From a virus: 46,118 bases of DNA. The notes below the pieces were generated by a model. It did not search any database, was not told the origin of the DNA, and was given only the letters and a program-made list of their open reading frames with translations. The position numbers and the translations under genes were made by a program. Below, one piece after another: positions 25,696 through 33,911 of this stretch (positions are counted from its first letter, which is position 1; every line of letters starts with the position of its first letter). The DNA lies in IMG/VR virus record IMGVR_UViG_3300048848_000044, positions 1 to 46,118 of that record, one strand, 5' to 3'.

Positions 25696-26252
25696 ACGTT
25701 CACGAAATTGCAGAGAAATATAATTTGCCCATTCGCAAGCTCAAAAAGCTGGAAGCGGACGGGCTGCTAGTGACGACGGCCGGCGATAGTCGCCCGATCA
25801 AAATGCGCGCTTATCTGTCAAGCAATCGGCCGCTCTCTGTCGTCCAGCTAATCGACCTTAAGCGCGATAGCTCCGGAGCGCTGCTAGGGCGCCTTGGCGG
25901 GTATCGTATCCGCGCGGAAGAATTGCTGGCAGAGCTTGGCGACATTGCGGCCGGCGCGCATCCTGGCGGGACCGCCACAAGCCGGCTATATGGCGCGGCA
26001 ATCCTGGAACGGCCGGCGCTCGACGCTCTAGCGGAATGGCTCCGGGAAACTATCCCGCCGCAAGGTTGCAGCTATCACTATGTCGCCACGCGCCTTTTGT
26101 GGAACGTGCCGGCCGATCAGCTCCCGCGCGCTTACAAATTCCTCCCGCGCGCCTTGATAAATCTTCGCGCTCTTCCCGAGCTTGCCGGATGGTCGACGAA
26201 AGAAAAAGGCGAAGGAACGCGATTTATTCGTCCGAAACCGCTTGACCTCTAG
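25692..26252 (+). CDS. Putative DNA-binding protein (MerR/excisionase-type HTH at N-terminus); C-terminus PLDL
   Basis: 186 aa with an ATGA overlap. The N-terminus HEIAEKYNLPIRKLKKLEADGLL resembles the HTH_17/MerR type. Confidence 0.55.
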   Translation: MNVHEIAEKYNLPIRKLKKLEADGLLVTTAGDSRPIKMRAYLSSNRPLSVVQLIDLKRDSSGALLGRLGGYRIRAEELLAELGDIAAGAHPGGTATSRLYGAAILERPALDALAEWLRETIPPQGCSYHYVATRLLWNVPADQLPRAYKFLPRALINLRALPELAGWSTKEKGEGTRFIRPKPLDL

Positions 26253-26270
26253 GTGACGTTAGGTTAGGTC
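26241..26270 (+). promoter_or_regulatory. Conserved promoter-like motif P3: CTTGACC-N6-TGACGTTAGG-N2-AGGT
   Basis: TTGACCTCTAGGTGACGTTAGGTTAGGTC. Matches 28449-28477 at 21 of 29 positions with identical spacing. Lacks a canonical -10 box. Confidence 0.5.
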
Positions 26271-26299
26271 AGTTTTAGCAAATCAAGGGAATTGATCCA

Positions 26300-26686
26300 A
26301 TGGCACGCAAGGCAATCCAGACGAAGTTTCTCCCGGCGACGAATACCAAGGGATCGCGCGTCAAAGCATTTACCGCCGATCAATCGGTAACTCGCGGTTA
26401 CGAGCATTGCTTGCACCACTCCGAACGCCATTGCGCAATCGCTATTGAGCTTGTCCAGAAAATGGGCTGGCACGGGTTCTACGTCGGCGGCGGCGCTGCG
26501 GACGGTAAGGGGGAAGTCTTCGTGAATGTCGCGACGGATGGCACCTGGAAGCACGCGCGCGGCTTGGCCGAACACAACCGCGCCTCGCACGATAAGCCTT
26601 ATGGTTTCGAGGGTCAGGATTGGTTCTATATCGCCGGTCCCGATAGCGGCGACGGCGCGGTTTCCACCAAGCTGCGGGAGGGCTGA
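26300..26686 (+). CDS. Conserved phage protein of unknown function
   Basis: 128 aa. The N-terminus MARKAIQTKFLPATNTKGSRVKA is a pattern I recall from hypothetical proteins of many phages. Confidence 0.65.
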   Translation: MARKAIQTKFLPATNTKGSRVKAFTADQSVTRGYEHCLHHSERHCAIAIELVQKMGWHGFYVGGGAADGKGEVFVNVATDGTWKHARGLAEHNRASHDKPYGFEGQDWFYIAGPDSGDGAVSTKLREG

Positions 26687-26688
26687 CA

Positions 26689-26856
26689 ATGGCTAGCAAG
26701 GTGCAAATCCTTCGCCGCTATCCGCGCGAAGAAAAATGGTCCTTCGTGGCACATGGCGCGGCATATACCCGCGAAGAATTCGAACGAATGAAGAGCGACG
26801 CTAACGGGCGCCTAGAGCTGCGCGCCCTTCCCGTCCGCGAAATCAAGGGGAAGTGA
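26689..26856 (+). CDS. Hypothetical small protein
   Basis: 55 aa (MASKVQILRRYPREEKW...). Fills the gap between flanking genes exactly. Confidence 0.45.
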   Translation: MASKVQILRRYPREEKWSFVAHGAAYTREEFERMKSDANGRLELRALPVREIKGK

Positions 26857-26857
26857 C

Positions 26858-27112
26858 ATGGCTTTTTGCGATCCACAATTCTCGACGGCCGAACACATTT
26901 TCGAATGGGCTCGGAATTCTGGCGACTTGCACGCGCGAATGGTCAAGCTGCTGCATTTCTCGACAATCGCCAAGGCTCAAGCGGCCATTGCGATTGCAAG
27001 CGAAGCGGTTCGGCAGATGGTACGCGGCGGCGAATTGCGCGTCGGGGAGGCGCAATCCTTCGACGTTTGTGAAGCTGCGCAAATGCTTTGCAAATGGGAG
27101 GGCGACGAATGA
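26858..27112 (+). CDS. Hypothetical protein
   Basis: 84-aa ORF. Confidence 0.55.
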   Translation: MAFCDPQFSTAEHIFEWARNSGDLHARMVKLLHFSTIAKAQAAIAIASEAVRQMVRGGELRVGEAQSFDVCEAAQMLCKWEGDE

Positions 27113-27267
27113 GCCCCGATCAATTCGAGGCTCTGGCGGAATGGGTCCGATGGGAGGTTAAGATTGCGGGCGCCATTGGTACGGGTATAACCGGCGCCGC
27201 TCTTCGGAATGGCAAAAACATTCGCGACGAAGCGAAAGAGAACGCAAGAAAGGCTTTGGTAAAATGA
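27109..27267 (+). CDS. Hypothetical small protein
   Basis: 52 aa. ATGA overlaps at both ends. Confidence 0.45.
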   Translation: MSPDQFEALAEWVRWEVKIAGAIGTGITGAALRNGKNIRDEAKENARKALVK

Positions 27268-27491
27268 CCAGGAAAACCGGAAAATCTCCCGCTCTAGCCG
27301 CGCCCTATGGCGGGGCGCCGGCTGACGCTTCATATTCGGCAATGGCCGAGCTGGTAAAGCCGGCGAAGAAACCCCGCCGCACGAAGGCAATGCTGGCCCG
27401 TGGAAGGGCACGGCGCCGCGCGCTGATGCTTTTACCGTTCGGGCATTCGCTGGCTTTCCAGCGGGCTCTAGCGACGCAACCGGGAGCTTAA
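27264..27491 (+). CDS. Hypothetical basic protein
   Basis: 75-aa ORF with an ATGA overlap. Confidence 0.5.
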   Translation: MTRKTGKSPALAAPYGGAPADASYSAMAELVKPAKKPRRTKAMLARGRARRRALMLLPFGHSLAFQRALATQPGA

Positions 27492-27494
27492 GGA

Positions 27495-27893
27495 ATGTCG
27501 GCGCTCGACCTGGAAGAATTCGCGCAAGCTCTTCGCGTCGGCGCCGATAACCGGCTAGCTGACCTTGGCGCCGAAATCCTGGAGCTACTAGACGGCGCGT
27601 GGATGGCGGACGCTTATCTGCAAGCCTTGGAAGGGCTGGAGCGGATAACCGAACAGAAATTCCCGGACCGTGCCGAAGACGAAGTGGCGGCGCTCCATCT
27701 TGATTGGATCGAGGCGCGCTTAGCCAAGCTGGAAGAAGCCGACGAAGGGCGCGAAGAAGCCATGGCGGACGCGCTGGAAACTCTGACGGATGCGGCCGGG
27801 CTGATTGAGGAAGCCGGCAAGGCCTTTACCGCCATGCTAAAGCCGGCGACATGGGAAGGCGAAAGCCTGGAAACTCTGGAGTATGACCTATGA
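27495..27893 (+). CDS. Highly acidic helical protein (DNA-mimic/anti-restriction candidate); C-terminus LEYDL
   Basis: 132 aa with a large excess of Asp/Glu over Lys/Arg throughout. Confidence 0.6.
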   Translation: MSALDLEEFAQALRVGADNRLADLGAEILELLDGAWMADAYLQALEGLERITEQKFPDRAEDEVAALHLDWIEARLAKLEEADEGREEAMADALETLTDAAGLIEEAGKAFTAMLKPATWEGESLETLEYDL

Positions 27894-28405
27894 CGGACGA
27901 AGTTTTTGCGGTGTCGCCGGCTATGGCTGCGGCCTATGCCGCGTGGGACGCTCCCGCCGACCTCCCGGAAGACTTGACCCGGCCGCAAACGGCGCGCGTC
28001 CTGGGGCTTGTGCGTTCGGCGTTTATGGCCGGCTGGAAGGCGCACGAAGAATTCCGCCACCACGAAAAGGTCGCGCGGCTTAGCTTGGGATATTCGCGCG
28101 GCTCCGAAAGCTTTTTGCCAAGGCCAATATGGGCGCGTCATGGTTCTTTCGCCCCTGAAACTGCGGACCGGATTGCGGCCTTTGCTCCCCGGGTGCGTCG
28201 AATGGTGGCCGGCGATATCGGCTGGTATGACGAAGGCGGGCCATGGCCGGAATACTGGCGCGGACCGATTACCGAAGCTTGGCTATTTGATCCCGACCGG
28301 CCGATACGCCGGATGGCCTATGGCGATTTGTTCAATCTCGATATGCCGCTGCGGGCGTCCTGGTGGCCCTGGCGCCGTTGGGCGATTGTCGAGGCTCACG
28401 GCTAG
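27890..28405 (+). CDS. Hypothetical Trp-rich protein
   Basis: 171-aa ORF with an ATGA overlap. Confidence 0.6.
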   Translation: MTDEVFAVSPAMAAAYAAWDAPADLPEDLTRPQTARVLGLVRSAFMAGWKAHEEFRHHEKVARLSLGYSRGSESFLPRPIWARHGSFAPETADRIAAFAPRVRRMVAGDIGWYDEGGPWPEYWRGPITEAWLFDPDRPIRRMAYGDLFNLDMPLRASWWPWRRWAIVEAHG

Positions 28406-28447
28406 GGATAGAGCCGCCCGACCTGTCAACCCCCTAAATCTAGTGGC

Positions 28448-28477
28448 GTTGACTTCCCTATGACGTTAGGGCAGGTT
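28448..28477 (+). promoter_or_regulatory. Conserved promoter-like motif P4: GTTGACT-N6-TGACGTTAGG-N2-AGGT
   Basis: TTGACTTCCCTATGACGTTAGGGCAGGTT, the counterpart of P3. Upstream of the primase-helicase gene. Confidence 0.5.
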
Positions 28478-28486
28478 CTAACGATT

Positions 28487-28520
28487 GAGCCCCGCAACGT
28501 CTGGACAACGCGCGGGGCTC
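28487..28520 (+). promoter_or_regulatory. 9-bp GC stem-loop in the primase-helicase leader
   Basis: GAGCCCCGC-16 nt loop-GCGGGGCTC with no T tract. Lies ~28 nt upstream of ATG 28549. Confidence 0.5.
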
Positions 28521-28548
28521 GGGTGGTACTCTTGAACCTTGGGGTGGT

Positions 28549-30456
28549 ATGCCGACTTTACCGGAGCAACTAGCCGGCTGCAAGCTCTTTCCTTGCTTGC
28601 CGGGCGATAAGCTCCCCGCAATTGATGGCTGGCAACATCGGGCGACCGATGACGCGGAACAGGTCGAAGAATGGGACCGGCAAATGGCCGGGCTCAATTG
28701 GGGAGTTGTCTGCGGCCTCTCGGGGCTCTTCGTTTTCGATATCGACCCGCAGGGACAAGCGGCGTGGGAAGCTCTCCAGGCGGCTAATCCCGAGCTGCGC
28801 GAAGCCGTTGCACGATCGTTCACCGTCCGGACGCCACGCGGCGGATTTCACCACTATTTCAGGGGCTACGGCCCGACCACGGCAAGCCGCATTGCCGAAG
28901 GTATCGACACGCGCGGCGGCTACCTGGACGAAGCGACCGGCCGGTGGAAGTCGCTTGGCTTCGTCGTCCTCCCGGGCTCAAAAACGGTTGCCGGCCCTAA
29001 GACGGTCGACGGGGAATATGTGGCGCTTGGCGGCGTCCTCGCTTCCATGTCGCCGGCCGTGGCGGGTATTGTGCCCGAGCGCAAGAAAGGCACCGTTCAC
29101 GGGCTGGAGCGTTCGCCCGACCAGGATCAGCCCCGCAATGTGCAATGGGCGCGCGACCTCCTGGAAAACTACGTTCGCGAAGGCCGGGTTTCCGTCGAAG
29201 GGAATGGCGGCAATAACGTAGCTTTCCAGGTTGCCGCCTCAATTCTCGACAAGGCGATTTCTCCCGCGCTCACTTACGAGCTAATGGACGAAATGTGGAA
29301 CCCGCATTGCTCCCCGCCGTGGGACGATTGGGAGCTGGAGCGGATTGTCGGGAACGCCGCGAAATATGGCGAAGAGACGGGGCAAGGCGCCAAGGGTTTC
29401 GAGGATAACCAAAGCGCGTTCGCTGCCTTCGCCGGGATGGAAACGCCGCCCGACGATCCGAAGGCGGAAAAGCCCAAAGGCCGCTTCAAGCCAATGTGGC
29501 TCCGCGATGCGCGGAAAGACGTGCGGGAAGCGAGCTGGCTTGTGCCCGGGTTGCTGCCGTCCAGGGGAACGGGAATTCTCTACGGACTTTCCGGCAGCTA
29601 TAAAACTTTCGTGGCGCTCGATTGGGCGTTGTCGCTCGCGTTCGGGATCGCCGGCCAATGGGGAACGCCGCCCGTCAAGCACAACGTTCTGTTTCTCGCT
29701 GGCGAAAGCTCCTATGCGCTGGCGCAAGAGCGCGTCGATAGCTGGTGCGAATGGCAGGGCGTCGACCCGGACGCTGCCGATTTCGTGATTGTCCGGGGCG
29801 TGCCGGCGTTCAACGATAAGGAAGGCTGGGAAGAAGTCCGCGACGGATTGCGCGGGCTCAATTCCATTCCGCAGCTAGTCGTCGTCGACACGCTCACGCG
29901 CGTTATGTCGGGGATGGACGAAAATTCCAACAATGACGCCAAGCTAGTGCTAAAGCACATGGAAGAAATTTCAGAGCATTACGGTTGTTTCACATTGTCC
30001 ACGGGCCATACCGGCAAGGACGAAGGGCGCGGAATGCGCGGTGCGCAAGTTTTCCTGGATAACAGCGACGCGGTAATCTACGCGAAGAAAACCGGGAACG
30101 GAACAAAACTCCAGGTCAAGAAATTAAAAGAAGTCGATATCCCGGACCAACCGTTCCACATGGAGAAAAAGGTTTTCGGGAAGTCCATCGTTCTCGTGCG
30201 GACCGAGCAAGCCGCGCCGGAAGAGCAAGAGAACGGCAGCAAGGTTAGTTGGGCGCAGACAAGCGAAATCGTCGCCAGGATCGCGAAGCAAGGCGGGAGC
30301 TGCGGCTTCAAAACGCTCTGCCAGGATATCGCGGCGGAATTGCATATCGACCAGAAGAAAATCGAGCGGACGCTTAACGCGAACAAGGATTTGCAGTGGC
30401 TTCGCGAAGGCAACAATTGGCGCTTGCCGCCGACCGATCTGGAGTTTGACCTATGA
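28549..30456 (+). CDS. Bifunctional AEP primase-polymerase / PriCT / RepA-like (AAA_25) helicase; C-terminus LEFDL
   Basis: 635 aa. Prim-pol motifs LFVFDIDPQG and FTVRTPRGGFHHYF. PriCT-like GNGGNNVAFQVAASIL. Walker A GLSGSYKTF and Walker B LVVVDTLTRVM. Confidence 0.85.
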   Translation: MPTLPEQLAGCKLFPCLPGDKLPAIDGWQHRATDDAEQVEEWDRQMAGLNWGVVCGLSGLFVFDIDPQGQAAWEALQAANPELREAVARSFTVRTPRGGFHHYFRGYGPTTASRIAEGIDTRGGYLDEATGRWKSLGFVVLPGSKTVAGPKTVDGEYVALGGVLASMSPAVAGIVPERKKGTVHGLERSPDQDQPRNVQWARDLLENYVREGRVSVEGNGGNNVAFQVAASILDKAISPALTYELMDEMWNPHCSPPWDDWELERIVGNAAKYGEETGQGAKGFEDNQSAFAAFAGMETPPDDPKAEKPKGRFKPMWLRDARKDVREASWLVPGLLPSRGTGILYGLSGSYKTFVALDWALSLAFGIAGQWGTPPVKHNVLFLAGESSYALAQERVDSWCEWQGVDPDAADFVIVRGVPAFNDKEGWEEVRDGLRGLNSIPQLVVVDTLTRVMSGMDENSNNDAKLVLKHMEEISEHYGCFTLSTGHTGKDEGRGMRGAQVFLDNSDAVIYAKKTGNGTKLQVKKLKEVDIPDQPFHMEKKVFGKSIVLVRTEQAAPEEQENGSKVSWAQTSEIVARIAKQGGSCGFKTLCQDIAAELHIDQKKIERTLNANKDLQWLREGNNWRLPPTDLEFDL

Positions 30457-30686
30457 AAATCGAAACCGGAAAGCCCGTTATCGAAGGCCGGTATGTCGCT
30501 TACGTCGAAGGAATTTTGGGATACCTGGAGCCGCATATTCTCGTCTGGCATCGCGGCCGGTGGACCTATCACCAATCCAGCCAGCTTTACGATGACCCGG
30601 TGCTTGCGTTCATGGGTCCGCTACCGACGCTCGCCAAGCCCGGGAAGGAAGCCGTTCCCGAAGTGTCGACGGAATACGATCTATGA
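30453..30686 (+). CDS. Hypothetical protein; C-terminus TEYDL
   Basis: 77-aa ORF with an ATGA overlap. Confidence 0.6.
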   Translation: MKIETGKPVIEGRYVAYVEGILGYLEPHILVWHRGRWTYHQSSQLYDDPVLAFMGPLPTLAKPGKEAVPEVSTEYDL

Positions 30687-31129
30687 TTACGCCGAATTAT
30701 CGCCTTGCTCGGGATATCGTCAGCCGGGGGAACGAGCCCGGGATAATCCGCGAATGGTTCGCCGGGATGAAGGCGTGGGCGGAAAGCAATCCCGGACCGG
30801 ACGCGACGGCGCTGCGCTTGTGGCTCGACATTGCCAAGCCCCGGCCGTTCTATACCGCCGCCGAGCTAGCGAGCATGTGGCCGGCCCTGCGGATTGCCCA
30901 CGGGTACGACAAGCGGGCAACGGAAAAGCCAAGCGCAAACCGTCTCGCGAACGAGCTGGAGTTTCACGGCGTCCGATATCTCGCCGGGGCGGAAGGCACC
31001 TATTATTTTCGCTCGCCATTCACCGGGGAAGCGGCTAAATATTTCATTGTCGAGCGGCCGGGTTACTGGCGCACGAAACGACTAACCCAAGCTGAATTCG
31101 AAGCTGCATTGCTGGGGGAATGCGAATGA
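30683..31129 (+). CDS. Hypothetical protein
   Basis: 148-aa ORF with an ATGA overlap. Confidence 0.6.
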   Translation: MITPNYRLARDIVSRGNEPGIIREWFAGMKAWAESNPGPDATALRLWLDIAKPRPFYTAAELASMWPALRIAHGYDKRATEKPSANRLANELEFHGVRYLAGAEGTYYFRSPFTGEAAKYFIVERPGYWRTKRLTQAEFEAALLGECE

Positions 31130-31452
31130 CCTACACGACGGAACAGATTGCGCAGGCATCCCGGGCGACGCTCCGGGGCGTGCGGCTTTGGGAAGGCGAA
31201 GGCTTGTTCGGGCTCGTCCCGCGCGATGATCGCGGCAACCGGCTATTCAGCGAAGAGCATATGAGCCGAGCGAAAATCATCACGACGGCGCAAATGGCTG
31301 GCATGAGCCTTGCTGAAATCAAAGCCATGCTGGGGAATTTCAACGCGACGGAACGGCAGAAGTTTTCGGATAGGGTTGTGGAAGCCGTCGGCTTTATGCG
31401 TCGGGCGGCGACGTTCCCGATTGCTCCCGAGCGCGAGGCGTTCGACCTATGA
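31126..31452 (+). CDS. MerR-family transcriptional regulator; C-terminus AFDL
   Basis: 108 aa from ATG 31126 (ATGA overlap). MerR HTH pattern YTTEQIAQASRATLRGVRLWEGEGLF..RDDRGNRLFSEEH...AGMSLAEIKAML. Confidence 0.75.
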   Translation: MTYTTEQIAQASRATLRGVRLWEGEGLFGLVPRDDRGNRLFSEEHMSRAKIITTAQMAGMSLAEIKAMLGNFNATERQKFSDRVVEAVGFMRRAATFPIAPEREAFDL

Positions 31453-33077
31453 GAGTTGAAGCGGGCGGGAACGGAACGTTCGTCCTCCGGGTGCCGCATA
31501 TCCGGAAAGAGGAAGTCGCGGAGCTGATGGCCTACCGGGGGCTTACGTTCTCGACGACGGGCAGCACGCGCGACGAAGCCGTACTATTCAGCACGAACCC
31601 CTATTCCCTTTGCGACCTCGCCCCCAACGTGCCCGCGCTGGCCGGCTACCATGCCGCTATCGCCGCAAGCCGTGCGCTCGACGGGATCGGGACGCGCCGC
31701 TTGCCGCCCGGGAAGGAATTGTGGACCTATCAGCGCGCCGACCTGGACTATCTACTAGCGCGTGGCGGCGGCATTCTCGGGGACCAACCCGGGCTCGGAA
31801 AGACGCCGACGGCTATCGCCTTTTGCAATGAGCTAGAGAGCTTCCGCAATCTCGTCATTGTGCCGGCGTCGCTGCGCCTCCAATGGGCAGCGAAAATCCG
31901 GGAATGGTCGACGATCCCTAACGTTCGCGTGTCGACCATGCTGAACGTGAAGGACGGAATTCACCCGACGGCGCACTATCAGATTATCTCCTACAATGCC
32001 GCGACGAACCCGGCGATTATCCGCGCGCTGCTCAAATACCAATGGCAAGTCCTGATTTGCGACGAAGCCCACGCGATGAAGAACGCGGACGCTATCCGCA
32101 CGCGCGCCATTCTCGGCAACGCGAAAAAGGAATTCGTCCGCAAGGATCAAGAGACGCTGAAAGCCATCGTGACGGCGTGCAAGCATTCGCTGGCGCTGAC
32201 GGGTACGCTGCTGCTCAACCGGCCGAGCGAAGCTTACGTGCTGCTGCGTCACTTCGATTGGGAGTGCATAGATTTCGTCAGTGAGGACAAATTCAAGGAA
32301 CGGTATAACCGCCAAGCCGTTATCAAAACCATCACGGGCAAGCGCCATAACCTGGAAAGCACGAGCCTGGAGAGCGAGCTACAGAACCGGCTGCGGGTGA
32401 ATATCATGACGCGACACGAGAAAAAGGACGTGCTGCCGTTCATGAAGCCCCCGCGCTATGAAGTCGTCCAGCTCTCCGAAACCGGCGCGGTGAAGGCGGC
32501 GCTTGCCGAAGAAGGCTTGCTGGATATCGACATTGAGGACTTCCAGACGCTCAAGAATATCCAGGTTGAAGGGCACGTTGCCGAAGTCCGCCGATTGATG
32601 GGCGTCGCGCTCGCTCCCCAGGTGGCGGAATACGCCGAAGACTGGCTGGACGGCAGCGACGGGGAAAAGCTCGTTATCTTCGGCTGGCATATCGAAGTGC
32701 TGAATATCCTAGAGGAAAAACTGTCCCGGTTCGGTACGATGCGGATCGACGGAAGCGTTTCGACGGTGAACCGCCAGAAAAGGGTCGACGAATTTATTGA
32801 CAACCCGAAAATTCGGGTGTCTATCATGAATATGCAGTCGGGCGGAACCGGCGTGGATGGGCTCCAAAAAGTCTGCTCCCGTTGCTTCCTGGCTGAACCG
32901 GATTGGGTTCCCGCTCAAAACGAGCAAGCCGTTTCAAGGCTGGACCGATACGGGCAAGAGGAATTGGTAACTGCCGAAATCTTTGTGGCGCCCGGCAGCA
33001 TATCGGAGAAAATTCTAGTCAAGGCGCTAGAGAAAATGAACGTGATCCACCGCGTTCTTGACAAGGAAGGAATTTGA
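31449..33077 (+). CDS. SNF2-family (DEAD/H-like) helicase
   Basis: 542 aa. Motifs DQPGLGKT, LICDEAHAMKN, LTGTLLLNRPSE, GGTGVDGLQ and NEQAVSRLDRYGQ. Confidence 0.85.
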   Translation: MRVEAGGNGTFVLRVPHIRKEEVAELMAYRGLTFSTTGSTRDEAVLFSTNPYSLCDLAPNVPALAGYHAAIAASRALDGIGTRRLPPGKELWTYQRADLDYLLARGGGILGDQPGLGKTPTAIAFCNELESFRNLVIVPASLRLQWAAKIREWSTIPNVRVSTMLNVKDGIHPTAHYQIISYNAATNPAIIRALLKYQWQVLICDEAHAMKNADAIRTRAILGNAKKEFVRKDQETLKAIVTACKHSLALTGTLLLNRPSEAYVLLRHFDWECIDFVSEDKFKERYNRQAVIKTITGKRHNLESTSLESELQNRLRVNIMTRHEKKDVLPFMKPPRYEVVQLSETGAVKAALAEEGLLDIDIEDFQTLKNIQVEGHVAEVRRLMGVALAPQVAEYAEDWLDGSDGEKLVIFGWHIEVLNILEEKLSRFGTMRIDGSVSTVNRQKRVDEFIDNPKIRVSIMNMQSGGTGVDGLQKVCSRCFLAEPDWVPAQNEQAVSRLDRYGQEELVTAEIFVAPGSISEKILVKALEKMNVIHRVLDKEGI

Positions 33078-33079
33078 AA

Positions 33080-33784
33080 ATGAGCCTCGTAAACGTTTCG
33101 ATTGCCCTGCCCGCTGCCGCACTCGGCCAGCTTTACGCTTTCCTCGCTTCGACGTGCGGCACCGCCGTAGCTTCGCAGGGCGCGGGAAACTCGACGACTG
33201 GCGCAACCGCTGCGCCTACACCTGTCAGCGCTGCGGCGGACACTCCCGCGAATGTCCAGGCAGCTACGGGGGCCGCTCCGGTGTCTTCGGGCGACGGTGA
33301 GCGCGACGCGGCTGGCGTCCTTTGGGATGAAGCCAAGCACGCTTCGACGAAGGGGAAGACGAAGGCCGGCCTCTGGCGCATGAAGGTGGGCGTTACCCGC
33401 CCGGCCGGTGAAGGCGAAGACGCTATCCAGGGAAATGCCGGCTCTGCGGCGGCTCCGGACAACTCCGCTTCCGGCACTCCCGCCCCGGCATCGTCTACCG
33501 CTGCCCCGGCTGCTGACGAAGACGACGAATTCGCCGCTTTCCGCAACGCTGCCGCTGCGCAGGGCGCCGCCCCGGCTCCCGCTCGCACCTGGACCGACGC
33601 CGACCTGTCGAAGCTCTGCAACCAGGGCGCGATTGCCGCTGGCGGTCCCGATCAGGTCAAGGCGATTATCGCCAAGTACGTGCCGGCCGGCCAGCCCCAG
33701 CATTCGCGCTCGATCCCGAACGAACAGCGCGAGACGTTCGCGCAGGACGTGGAAAAGTCGCTGGGTATCCAGTACGCGGGCTAA
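33080..33784 (+). CDS. Ala/Pro-rich protein with a KTKAGLWRMKVGVTRP module and a DEDDEFAAF patch
   Basis: 234 aa from ATG 33080 with SD GGAAGGA. Shares a module with gene 9290-9697. Confidence 0.65.
   Translation: MSLVNVSIALPAAALGQLYAFLASTCGTAVASQGAGNSTTGATAAPTPVSAAADTPANVQAATGAAPVSSGDGERDAAGVLWDEAKHASTKGKTKAGLWRMKVGVTRPAGEGEDAIQGNAGSAAAPDNSASGTPAPASSTAAPAADEDDEFAAFRNAAAAQGAAPAPARTWTDADLSKLCNQGAIAAGGPDQVKAIIAKYVPAGQPQHSRSIPNEQRETFAQDVEKSLGIQYAG
33362..33402. repeat. 41-nt perfect inverted repeat, arm 2 (partner 9327-9367)
   Basis: AAGGCCGGCCTCTGGCGCATGAAGGTGGGCGTTACCCGCCC, encoding KAGLWRMKVGVTRP in both genes. Confidence 0.9.
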
Positions 33785-33847
33785 TTCGTCCTGGTGCGGT
33801 TCCTTCCACTCGTGGGGATGAAATCTAGCCGCACTAGACAAAACCGG

Positions 33848-33873
33848 GCCGGGGCGGTATATCCCCGGCAACT
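33848..33873 (+). promoter_or_regulatory. Conserved hairpin A: GCCGGGG-CGGTATAT-CCCCGGC-AACT
   Basis: 7-bp stem and 8-nt loop, 43 nt upstream of ATG 33912. TAGACA-N17-TATATC could also be read as a promoter. Confidence 0.7.
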
Positions 33874-33911
33874 ACGATGAAACTCACGAAGCAACGAAAC
33901 AGGAATTCGGT

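Noticed and set aside
9327-33402. The 41-nt repeat pair considered as the template/variable repeats of a diversity-generating retroelement
   Set aside because: No reverse transcriptase gene is present in the genome. The identity is short, the flanking differences are not restricted to adenine positions, and the module is not at the C-terminus of a receptor-binding protein.
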